Assembly (NCBI GenBank): GCA_963708025.1
Contig: CAVPSB010000032.1
Location: 128,001-192,000 of the forward strand
Direction: 5' to 3'
Length of the DNA: 64,000 bases
Origin: an uncultured Candidatus Rokubacteria bacterium
GTDB taxonomy: Bacteria; Methylomirabilota; Methylomirabilia; Rokubacteriales; DASRDR01
Below are positions 1-10,950 of this stretch, one piece after another. Each line of letters opens with the position of its first letter. The stretch's first letter is position 1. The notes under the pieces were generated by a model. That model made no database searches. It was not told where the DNA came from and saw only the letters and a program-made list of their open reading frames with translations. The translations under genes were made by a program, and so were the position numbers.

Positions 1-433
1 GCAAGGTCCGGGTCCAGCCGTCGACCGCCACCTGGCCGTCCACCGCGTCCACGCCGACGAGGATCCGACCCGGGAAGCGGGCGCAGGCGGCGTCCAGGAA
101 GGCCGGATCGAGGGCGGCGCCAGTGCCGAGGATGGCCCAGCGGGCGCCGGTGGCGAGGGCGGCGGCGGCGGTCTCCAGGTCCCGCAGGCCACCCCCCACC
201 TCGACGGGCACGGGGACGGCGGCGACGAGGGCGGCGATGAGCGGCGCCTGGCGCGGTCCACCGGCGAACGCGCCGTCCAGGTCCACGACGTGGAGGCGAA
301 GGGCACCCTCCGCGGCGAAGCGTCGCGCCATGGCCACCGGGTCGTCGCCGAAGACGGTCGCCGTGTCGGCGCGACCCTCGACCAGGCGGACGCAGCGCCC
401 CCCCTGGAGGTCGATTGCCGGAATGATCATCAC
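1..433 (-). CDS. hisA: ProFAR isomerase HisA (N-terminal part, runs off window)
   Basis: Manual translation from GTG433/ATG430: MIIPAIDLQGGRCVRLVEG...LHVVDLDGA; start overlaps hisH stop. Confidence 0.93.
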   Translation of the reverse strand, partial: MMIIPAIDLQGGRCVRLVEGRADTATVFGDDPVAMARRFAAEGALRLHVVDLDGAFAGGPRQAPLIAALVAAVPVPVEVGGGLRDLETAAAALATGARWAILGTGAALDPAFLDAACARFPGRILVGVDAVDGQVAVDGWTRTL

Positions 434-1083
434 GCGCGCGGGCCCAGAGTGGTAACGCCAGCCAGCCGGGCGAAGTTCTCGAGGAGCCGGAGCCCCCACC
501 CCTGGCTCTTCTCGGGATGGAACTGCGTCCCGTAGAGACGGCCGCGGGCGACCAGCGCCGGGAACCGCACGCCGTACTCGCAGCTCGCCACCGCGAACCC
601 CGCGACATCGCGCGGCTCCGGGTAGTAGGAGTGGACGAAGTAGAAATAGGCGCCGGGCGGCACGCCGTCGAGGATGGCCAACTCGGCGGACCCCGGCTCG
701 AACGCGAGCTGGTTCCAGCCCATGTGCGGCACCTTGAGTCCGGCAGGAAAGCGCCGGACGACGCCGGGCAGGATGTCGAGCCCCTTGGCGTGACCGAACT
801 CCTCGCTCTCGGTGAAGAGCAGCTGGTAGCCGAGGCAGATGCCGAGATACGGCCGCCCGGCCTCGACGTGGGCGCGGATCGACTCGACGAGCCCGAGACT
901 CTCCAGGGTCTGCATGGCGTCCGCGAAGGCGCCATCCCCGGGAACAACCAGGGCGTCGGCGCGTTCCACGATCGCGCGGTCGTCGGTGATCACGGCGGCG
1001 TCCGCTGGACCCCCAACCCGGGCCAGCGCCTTCTGGACGCTGCCCAGGTTCCCGCGGCCGTAATCCACGACCGCGATCATCAC
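430..1083 (-). CDS. hisH: Imidazole glycerol phosphate synthase glutamine amidotransferase subunit
   Basis: VVDYGRGNL, LGICLGYQ nucleophile motif, YFVHSY, QFHPEKS. Confidence 0.96.
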   Translation of the reverse strand: MMIAVVDYGRGNLGSVQKALARVGGPADAAVITDDRAIVERADALVVPGDGAFADAMQTLESLGLVESIRAHVEAGRPYLGICLGYQLLFTESEEFGHAKGLDILPGVVRRFPAGLKVPHMGWNQLAFEPGSAELAILDGVPPGAYFYFVHSYYPEPRDVAGFAVASCEYGVRFPALVARGRLYGTQFHPEKSQGWGLRLLENFARLAGVTTLGPRA

Positions 1084-1157
1084 GGGGTCAGGCCTTTCAT
1101 TCTTTCACTCTTTCGTTCTCTGTTCGCCGGATTGTCAAGAATGAAAGGCCTGACCCC
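1084..1157. repeat. Palindromic REP/MITE-like element, family A copy 1
   Basis: Perfect 21-bp inverted arms GGGGTCAGGCCTTTCATTCTT / AAGAATGAAAGGCCTGACCCC; second copy at 49168-49247. Confidence 0.88.
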
Positions 1158-1158
1158 A

Positions 1159-1746
1159 CTACAGCGATCCTTTGGTCGAGAGGACGCCCTGGATGCGCGG
1201 ATTGAGTCGCGACGCCTCGGCCAGCGCCCGGCCGAAGCTCTTGAAGATCGCCTCCGCGATGTGGTGGACGTTCTCGCCGTAGTGGAGGTTCACGTGGAGG
1301 TTCACCAGCGCGTTCATGGCGAACGCGCGGAAGAAGTCCTTCAGGAGGTCGAGGTCGAAATTCCCGACCTTGGTCTTGGCCAGCGGCACGTTGTACGAGA
1401 AGTACGGCCGGCCCGAGATGTCGATGTGCACCGCCGCCAGGGCCTCGTCCATCGGCACGTACGACGTCCCGAAGCGGACGATCCCACGCTTCTCGCCGAG
1501 CGCCTCGTGGAACGCCTTGCCGAGGCAGATCCCGACATCCTCCACCGTGTGGTGGAGGTCCACGTCGGTGTCGCCCCGGGCGTCCACCTTCAGGTCGAGG
1601 AGCCCGTGCTTGCCCATCGCCTCCAGCATGTGGTTCAGGAACGGGATGGTCGTCTGCGCCGACGACTCACCGATCCCGTCGACGTTGAGCTGAAGCAGGA
1701 TCTCCGTCTCCCGGGTCTTCCGCTCGATCCGGGCCACCCGGCCCAC
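1159..1746 (-). CDS. hisB: Imidazoleglycerol-phosphate dehydratase (start uncertain, possibly ATG1858 via frameshift)
   Basis: RKTRET, FLNHML, DLHHTVED, ENVHHIAEAIFK, STKGSL C-terminus. Confidence 0.93.
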   Translation of the reverse strand: MGRVARIERKTRETEILLQLNVDGIGESSAQTTIPFLNHMLEAMGKHGLLDLKVDARGDTDVDLHHTVEDVGICLGKAFHEALGEKRGIVRFGTSYVPMDEALAAVHIDISGRPYFSYNVPLAKTKVGNFDLDLLKDFFRAFAMNALVNLHVNLHYGENVHHIAEAIFKSFGRALAEASRLNPRIQGVLSTKGSL

Positions 1747-1859
1747 GGCCGGCACGGCGCCGTTGCCGCCGCCACCGGGCCGTTGCCGCCGCCCCGGCGC
1801 CGCCGGCCGCCCCCGGACCCCCGCCCCCCCCGCCACGTCGCCGCCGTCGCCGTGCCATG

Positions 1860-3164
1860 TCAGTGGTCCTCCTCCCGCGGCTCCACGCGCCGGCGGGCCG
1901 CCTCGCTGTGCGCCTGAAGCCCCTCGGCCGCCGCCAGCCGCGCCAGGTGCGGCCAGGCGGCCCGGAGTCCGGCCGGAGTGTAGTGGACGAGGTTCGAGCG
2001 CTTGACGAAGTCCTCCACCGAGAGCCCCGAGGCGAACCGGGCGGTGGCGCCGGTGGGCAGGACGTGGTTGGGTCCCGCCAGGTAGTCCCCGACGACCTCG
2101 GGGGTGTGCGGGCCCAGAAAGATCGCGCCCGCGTGGCGGACGGCCGCGAGCCACCCGAAGGGGTCGGCCACCGCCAGCTCGAGGTGCTCGGGGGCGAGGC
2201 GGTTGGCGATCTCCACCGCCTCCGCCAGATCGCGGGTCACGACCACCGCGCCGTGGTCCCGGACGGCGGCCGAGGCGATCTCGGCGCGCAGGAGGCGCGG
2301 GCACTGGCGGGCCACCTCCGCCCGCACCGCCTCCGCGACCGCCGGGGCATCGGTCAGGCACACCACGCGCGCCAGCGCGTCGTGCTCGGCCTGGGCGAGG
2401 AGGTCGGCGGCGACGTGGCCCGGATCCGCCGTCCGGTCGGCCACCACGACGACCTCGCTGGGGCCGGCGATCGTGTCGATGCCGACCTCGCCGAAGACCA
2501 GCCGCTTGGCCAGGGCCACGTAGATGTTGCCCGGGCCGACGATCTTGTCCACCCGCCGGATGCTGGCGGTGCCGTACGCGAGGGCGGCGATGGCCTGGGC
2601 CCCGCCGGCCTTGTAGGCCTCGGTGGCGCCGGCCAGCCGGGCCGCCGCCAGCACGACCGGGTTCAGCCGGCCGTCGGGCCCGGGCGGGGAGACGACCACG
2701 AGCTCGCGAACGCCCGCCACCCGGGCCGGGATCAGATTCATGAGGACGGTTGACGGGTAGGCCGCGCTCCCGCCCGGCACGTAACAGCCGACGCGGTCGA
2801 GCGGCGTCACCTGCTGGCCGAGGAGCGAGCCGTGCTCGTCCCGGACCCACCAGGAGCGTGGGAGCTGGTGACGGTGAAACGCTTCGATCCGCCGGGCCGC
2901 CTCGACCAGCGCCCCCTCGAGGTCGGCCGGCACCGCCGCCGCGTCCCACTCAGCCTCCGAGACGCGCAGCTCCTCGACGGAAAGCTCGACGCCGTCGAAG
3001 CGCTTGGTCAGCTCGACGAGCGCGGCATCGCCCTGGCGACGGACGTCGTCCACGATCGCCGCCACCCGGGCCAGCAGGTCGGGCGCCGCCGCGCCGTGCG
3101 GTCGCGCCAGCGCCGCCACCACGCCCTCGAGCCCGAGGTCCCCGGTCGCCAGCAGGCGGATCAC
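1860..3164 (-). CDS. hisD: Histidinol dehydrogenase
   Basis: [42 protein letters not shown] start overlapping hisG stop. Confidence 0.96.
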   Translation of the reverse strand: MIRLLATGDLGLEGVVAALARPHGAAAPDLLARVAAIVDDVRRQGDAALVELTKRFDGVELSVEELRVSEAEWDAAAVPADLEGALVEAARRIEAFHRHQLPRSWWVRDEHGSLLGQQVTPLDRVGCYVPGGSAAYPSTVLMNLIPARVAGVRELVVVSPPGPDGRLNPVVLAAARLAGATEAYKAGGAQAIAALAYGTASIRRVDKIVGPGNIYVALAKRLVFGEVGIDTIAGPSEVVVVADRTADPGHVAADLLAQAEHDALARVVCLTDAPAVAEAVRAEVARQCPRLLRAEIASAAVRDHGAVVVTRDLAEAVEIANRLAPEHLELAVADPFGWLAAVRHAGAIFLGPHTPEVVGDYLAGPNHVLPTGATARFASGLSVEDFVKRSNLVHYTPAGLRAAWPHLARLAAAEGLQAHSEAARRRVEPREEDH

Positions 3165-3811
3165 CGGGCCGCCCCCGCGCGGAGCTCCTCCAGGACCCGG
3201 CCCACGGCCCGGTAGGCGGTCTTCTGCGACGCCCGGTTCACGATCAGCCGGGCGGTGGACTGCATGATCTCCGCCACCTCGACGAGGCCATTGGCCCGCA
3301 GCGTCTCCCCCGACTGGACGAGGTCCACGATGCGCTCGGCCAGCCCGACCAGCGGCGCCAGCTCGATGGAGCCGTCCAGACGGACGACCTCGACCTGGAT
3401 CCCGCGGTCCGCGAAGTACCGGCGCGCGAGGTTCGGGTACTTGGTCGCCACGCGCACCCAGGACCACTTGCTCGGGTCGTCCCGCTCCCACAGGGCGCGC
3501 GGCTCCGCGACGACCAGCCGGCAGTGCCCGAAGCCCAGGTCGAGCGGCTCGTAGACGTCGGGCTCCTGCTCCTCGAGCACGTCCTTGCCGACGATGCCCA
3601 GGTCGGCGGCGCCGTACTCGACGTAGGTCGGCACGTCCATGGGCTTGAGGATGAGGAACCGGAGCCCCCGCGCCGCGTCGGCGAAGATCAGCTTGCGGGA
3701 CTCGTCGGGCAGGATCCCGTCGAGGCCCGCCCGCCCGAGGAGCTCCAGGGCGGGCCGGAGGAGCCGGCCCTTCGGGAGCGCCAGGGTCAGTGGCCGGGCC
3801 GGGTCGGTCAT
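3161..3811 (-). CDS. hisG: ATP phosphoribosyltransferase, short form (needs HisZ)
   Basis: ALPKGRL, DVPTYVEYGAADLGIVGKD, VATKYP, GSIELAP; lacks C-terminal regulatory domain. Confidence 0.95.
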   Translation of the reverse strand: MTDPARPLTLALPKGRLLRPALELLGRAGLDGILPDESRKLIFADAARGLRFLILKPMDVPTYVEYGAADLGIVGKDVLEEQEPDVYEPLDLGFGHCRLVVAEPRALWERDDPSKWSWVRVATKYPNLARRYFADRGIQVEVVRLDGSIELAPLVGLAERIVDLVQSGETLRANGLVEVAEIMQSTARLIVNRASQKTAYRAVGRVLEELRAGAAR

Positions 3812-3813
3812 TC

Positions 3814-4340
3814 GAGTCCACCCCCACCCCCGACCCCTCCCCACCCGCCGGGGGGAGGGGGGGCGCCCCGCCACCCCAACACGGTACGCGATCGGCGATG
3901 CGAGCGGGTTGCCACAGGGTGCCTCATCTGGAGCCCACCCCCGACCCCTCCCCACCCGCCGGGGGAGGGGGGGCGCCCCGCCACCCCAACACGGTACGCG
4001 ATCGGCGATGCGAGCGGGTTGCCACAGGGTGCCTCATCTGGAGCCCACCCCCGACCCCTCCCCACCCGCCGGGGGGAGGGGGGGCGCCCCGCCACCCCAA
4101 CGCGGTACGCGATCGGCGGTGCGAGCGGGTTGCCACAGGGTGCCTCATCTGGAGCCCACCCCCGACCCCTCCCCACCCGCCGGGGGGAGGGGGGGCGCCC
4201 CGCCACCCCAACGCGGTACGCGATCGGCGGTGCGAGCGGGTTGCCACAGGGTGCCTCATCTGGAGTCCACCCCCACCCCCGACCCCTCCCCACCCGCCGG
4301 GGGGAGGGGGGGCGCCCCGCGTTTCCGACGCGGTACGAGG
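3814..4340. repeat. Tandem array of ~111-bp units (about 4.6 copies), each containing a REP-like hairpin
   Basis: Units start at about 3814, 3931, 4041, 4152, 4263; near-identical; hairpin CCCCTCCCC-ACCCGCCG-GGGGAGGGG. Confidence 0.93.
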
Positions 4341-4372
4341 CCGGGGAAGCCAGAGGGCTGGCACGTCGTGTC

Positions 4373-5626
<1,254 letters not shown>

Positions 5627-6514
5627 CTACCGCACCCCCACGTCCAGCACGCGCTCGTATCCCGCCAGATCCCGGTGGAATCCGGGGGGGCGGTACCGCG
5701 GGTCCGCCGACAGTCGCGCCCGGAGCCGCTCGGCCTGGTCGTGGCCGATCTCCAGCAGGACGCGTCCCTCGGGGACGGTGAACCCGGGTGCCTCGTCGAG
5801 GATACGCGTCGCGACCGCCAGCCCGTCGGGTCCGCCGTCGAGCGCCGGCGCCGGCTCCCAGTCGCGGACCTCCGCCGGCAGCGTGGCCAGCGTCGGCCGG
5901 GCGAGGTAGGGCGGGTTGGCGACCACCAGATCGCAGCGTCCGGCCAGGTCGAGTCCGGCCAGGGGGGCGAACAGATCTCCCTCCAGGACGCGGACGCGGC
6001 CGGCCAGCCCGAGGCATTCCACGTTGGCCCGGGCGAAGCGCGCGGCCAGGGGCGACAGCTCGACGGCCCACACGGTGAGGTCGGGGCGCCGAGCCGCGAG
6101 GGCGCACGCCACGACACCGGAGCCCGCGCAGAGGTCGAGGGCCACGCCCGGCGCCCGGGGCGCGACGGCCAGCGCGCGCTCCACGAGCAACTCGGTCTCG
6201 GGCCGCGGGATGAAGACACCGGGGCCGACCGCGATCCGGAGCCCCAGGAACTCTTCGGCGCCCAGGAGGTATTGGAGAGGCTCGTGGCCCGCCCGCCGCG
6301 CCAGCAGCGCCTCGAATCCGGCGATCGCCGACGGCTCGATCTCGCGATCGGGCTCGACGTGGAGCGCCAGGCGGGTGGTGCCGAGCACGTGAGCCAGCAG
6401 CAGCTCCGCGTCCTGGCGCGCGGTGGCGATGCTCGCGTCGCGGAGGCGACGCTCCGCCTCCCGGAGCAGTCCCCCGACCCGCGCGCCGGCGCGGCAGAGC
6501 GTCGGGGCTGTCAC
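5627..6514 (-). CDS. prmC: Release factor glutamine methyltransferase
   Basis: [38 protein letters not shown] overlapping prfA stop. Confidence 0.92.
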   Translation of the reverse strand: MTAPTLCRAGARVGGLLREAERRLRDASIATARQDAELLLAHVLGTTRLALHVEPDREIEPSAIAGFEALLARRAGHEPLQYLLGAEEFLGLRIAVGPGVFIPRPETELLVERALAVAPRAPGVALDLCAGSGVVACALAARRPDLTVWAVELSPLAARFARANVECLGLAGRVRVLEGDLFAPLAGLDLAGRCDLVVANPPYLARPTLATLPAEVRDWEPAPALDGGPDGLAVATRILDEAPGFTVPEGRVLLEIGHDQAERLRARLSADPRYRPPGFHRDLAGYERVLDVGVR

Positions 6515-7591
6515 GGAACCACCGACTCGAGCTGGGCCGCCCGCTCCGATTCGGCGAGCGCGGCGATCAGCTCGTCGAGGTCGCCCTCCAGGACGTCCGG
6601 CAGCCGGTGCAGTGTGACGCCGATCCGGTGATCGGTGACCCGGCCCTGGGGGAAGTTGTAGGTGCGGATCCGTTCGCTGCCGCTCCCCGGTGCCGACCTG
6701 GCTCTTGCGATCGGCCGCGATCTGGCAGCGTTGCTCCTCCTGGGCTCGCTCGAGGAGGCGGGCGCGCAGGACGCGCAGCGCCTTCGCCCGGTTCTTGATC
6801 TGGGAGCGCTCGTCCTGGCAGGTCACGACCAGTCCGGTCGGCAGGTGGGTGATGCGCACCGCGGAGTCGGTCGTGTTGACGCCCTGCCCGCCCGGGACCG
6901 GAGGAGCGGTAGACGTTGACCTTGAGGTCCTTCTCCTCGACCTGGATGTCCACGTCCTCGGCCTCGGGGAGAACGGCCACGGTGACGGTCGACGTGTGGA
7001 TGCGCCCGGCCGACTCGGTGACCGGGACGCGCTGCACGCGGTGGACGCCGCCGCTCGAACTTCAGCCGGCTCCAGGCCCCTTTGCCGTGGATGGCGAAGA
7101 TGATCTCCTTGAAGCCGCCCTGCCCCGTCGGGTGGCTGTCGATCACCTCGACCCGCCAGCCCTTGGCGCTCGGCGTACTTCGTGTACATCCGGGCCAGCT
7201 CGGCGGCGAACAGGGCGGCCTCGTCGCCCCCGGCACCGGCGCGGATCTCGACGAAGACGCTCTTCTCGTCGGCGGGATCCTTGGGGAGGAGCAGGTCCCG
7301 CAGGCGCCGCTCGAGGGTCGTCTCGCGGTCGCGGAGGACGAGCAATTCGCCTTCGGCGAGCTCGCGCAGCTCCGGATCGGCGTCCTCGGAGAGGATCTGG
7401 TTGGCCTGCTCGATCATCTCGAGGTAGCGCTTGTACTCGCGGAACGCCGAGACGGTCTCTTCCAAGTCGGCCCGAGCCTTGGCGAGCTTCGCGTACTCGG
7501 TCCGCGCACCCCCCGGCTGGCCAGCCGTCTCGGCGAGCTGCTGGCCCAGCTCTTCGTACCGATTCTCGATCGCCCGCAGCTTGTCGAACAC
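6511..7591 (-). CDS. prfA: Peptide chain release factor 1 (several frameshifts, probably sequencing errors)
   Basis: [18 protein letters not shown] (PxT, RF1-specific), [34 protein letters not shown] spread over different frames. Confidence 0.9.
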
Positions 7592-7714
7592 GCTCAGGGC
7601 CTCGCCGGGGTCACCGGACGTGACGGTCGGGTCGCATTCGAGACGGGGGTACGCGGAGACATCCCGGCCGCGCCCAGGTGCGCCCCGCGCCCGCAGCCGA
7701 GCGCGGGGTCGCCG

Positions 7715-7930
7715 TTACGGCTGCGCCTGCGGCTTCCGACCGTATTTCCGCTGGAAGCGCTCGATCCGCCCCGCGGTGTCCACCAGCTTCTGCTTGCCCG
7801 TGTAGAAGGGGTGGCACTTCGAGCAGATCTCGACCCGGACGCCGGGGCGCGTGGATCGGGTCTGGATGATCTCACCGCAGGCGCAGGTGATGGTGGTCTC
7901 GACATACTCAGGATGGATGGCCGCCTTCAC
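7715..7930 (-). CDS. rpmE: 50S ribosomal protein L31 (zinc-binding, C+ type)
   Basis: (V/M)[46 protein letters not shown] upstream. Confidence 0.96.
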   Translation of the reverse strand: MKAAIHPEYVETTITCACGEIIQTRSTRPGVRVEICSKCHPFYTGKQKLVDTAGRIERFQRKYGRKPQAQP

Positions 7931-7967
7931 GTAAGTCCTCCCGAAAAAGGAGAATGAGAACGCGCCC

Positions 7968-7996
7968 ATGATACCACAGGGCCCGTCACCCGGCAA
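7968..7996 (-). promoter_or_regulatory. Putative sigma70 promoter of rpmE
   Basis: TTGCCG-17 nt-TATCAT with extended -10 TG. Confidence 0.6.
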
Positions 7997-8116
7997 GGAA
8001 CCGCGCCCGGCCAATCGCGATCTTCGCTCCCGGGCTGGCCGACACCAGGTGCGCGGCCTGCGAGCGACCCGTCCGAGCGGCGGCTTCGCCGCCGGCCCAC
8101 CGCCCGACCCGAAAAA

Positions 8117-8152
8117 GGGGGCATCGGGAGGGGCTTCCGAGACCCCCCCGAA
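8117..8152. repeat. Hairpin repeat family C copy 1 (possible terminator after rho)
   Basis: GGGGGCATCGGGAGGGGCTTCCGAGACCCCCCCGAA; similar at 19021 and 51416; TTTTT follows on the minus strand. Confidence 0.7.
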
Positions 8153-8156
8153 GAAG

Positions 8157-9536
<1,380 letters not shown>

Positions 9537-9621
9537 GGTTGAGAATCGCTCCTTTGAGATACCGCGTGGCGAGGACCGTCAGGGGATTGCGCTTCAGGCG
9601 GCGTCACACTCAGCCTGGCCA

Positions 9622-9651
9622 TGTATAGCATTCGGCCGGGAGCCTTGTCAA
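9622..9651 (-). promoter_or_regulatory. Putative sigma70 promoter of rho
   Basis: TTGACA-18 nt-TATACA with TG extension. Confidence 0.6.
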
Positions 9652-9767
9652 GGAGTTGGCGCGAGGATCGGCCTCCCGCGGCGACGTCCCCCGAGTCGGA
9701 AGCGCGTCCGGATGGCGGCGGCCGGACCGCGGCGGTCGGCGGTCGGACCGCTGCGACCAGACCCCGG

Positions 9768-10820
9768 TCACAGCCGCTCCGCGATCAGCGCGCGCTGGCG
9801 GAGCCCCTGGAGCCACTCCTCCAGCCGCTCCTGCGCTTTCTTCTGGACCAGGATGTCCCGGGCCTGCTGGCGGAACTGACCCAGCATCTCGGGAGTCAGC
9901 TCCTCGCGCTCCTCGATCTGAAACAGGTGGAAGCCGTTCTCCGACTTGATGGGCGCGGTCACCTCGCCCTTCCGGAGCTTCAGCATCGGCTCCTCGAAGA
10001 CGCTGGCCAGCTCCCCGCGGGCCAGCCAGCCGAGGTCCCCTCCGGCGGCGGCCGACCCGTCCTGCGAGTACTGCCGGGCCAGGTCGGCGAAGTCCCCCCC
10101 CTGCTGCAGCTTCGCGACGATCTGGTTGACCTCGGTCTTGGCCTTCTCCCAGGCCGCCGGCGAGTTGGGCGGCTGGGCGAGCACCGCGATGTGGCGTGGG
10201 TGGATCTTCAGATCGGCCTCGAACTTGCCCCGGTTCTCGGCGACGTAGGCCTCGACCTCGCCGGGTGTCACGGTGGCCTTGCGCCCGATACGGCGGGCGC
10301 GGATCCGCTGGGCCAGCATCGAGTCGCGCATGTCGCGCTTGATGATGTCCCAGCTCAGGCCCTGGGCGCGCAGCTGCTCCTCGATGTGGGCGCGGTCCCC
10401 GCCGTTTCGCTTCACGAAGTCGTCCATGACCGCCGTTAGCTCCTCCTCCGGCACCTCGACCTTGTCGCGCCGGGCCTCCTGCACCTGCAGCCGGTGGTTG
10501 ACCATGCGGGCCAGGACCCTCTGGATGAACCGGTCGCGCTCGACGCCGGCCGCCGGCACCACTTCCTTGTTCTCCCGGACGTACAGGACCACGGCTTCCT
10601 GCAGCTCCGACATCGTGATGACTTCCTCGTTCACCACGGCGACCACGCGCTCGACCACCGCCTGGTCGTCGGGCACCTTCGGGGCGGCACCGGGAGGCAG
10701 CATGACGGAGCCGGCATCGGCCGGAATCGGCGGCAGCTTCGGCGGGGCGCCCTTGCAGCCGGCGAGGCCGGGCACCACCAGCAGGCAGGTGATCGCGAGG
10801 CGTCCGAGTCGTCCCATCAT
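9768..10820 (-). CDS. SurA/PrsA-like parvulin peptidyl-prolyl isomerase, lipoprotein
   Basis: Lipobox LAGC; VVAVVNEEVIT SurA N-domain; FADLARQYSQD..GGDLGW..GFHL PpiC motif; downstream of mfd. Confidence 0.88.
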   Translation of the reverse strand: MMGRLGRLAITCLLVVPGLAGCKGAPPKLPPIPADAGSVMLPPGAAPKVPDDQAVVERVVAVVNEEVITMSELQEAVVLYVRENKEVVPAAGVERDRFIQRVLARMVNHRLQVQEARRDKVEVPEEELTAVMDDFVKRNGGDRAHIEEQLRAQGLSWDIIKRDMRDSMLAQRIRARRIGRKATVTPGEVEAYVAENRGKFEADLKIHPRHIAVLAQPPNSPAAWEKAKTEVNQIVAKLQQGGDFADLARQYSQDGSAAAGGDLGWLARGELASVFEEPMLKLRKGEVTAPIKSENGFHLFQIEEREELTPEMLGQFRQQARDILVQKKAQERLEEWLQGLRQRALIAERL

Positions 10821-10950
10821 GGCGGCCCTCCCAGAAAGCCCAGTCAACTCGGCAGGTTCATCCGACAGCCCGCTCGTCGAAGCGTTTTCCACCCGGCGCC
10901 CGGCGCGACCGGTCGGGCCGGGCCCTCCCCGGTCCCGCGCTCGACCGCAT

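Noticed and set aside
3814..4340. CRISPR array
   Set aside because: Whole units are near-identical, with no unique spacers and no cas genes
6511..7591. Programmed frameshift or pseudogenisation of the release factor; apparent prfA-prmC fusion ORF
   Set aside because: The gene is RF1 (PVT motif), not prfB; several scattered indels in an essential gene point to sequencing error, which also creates the fusion
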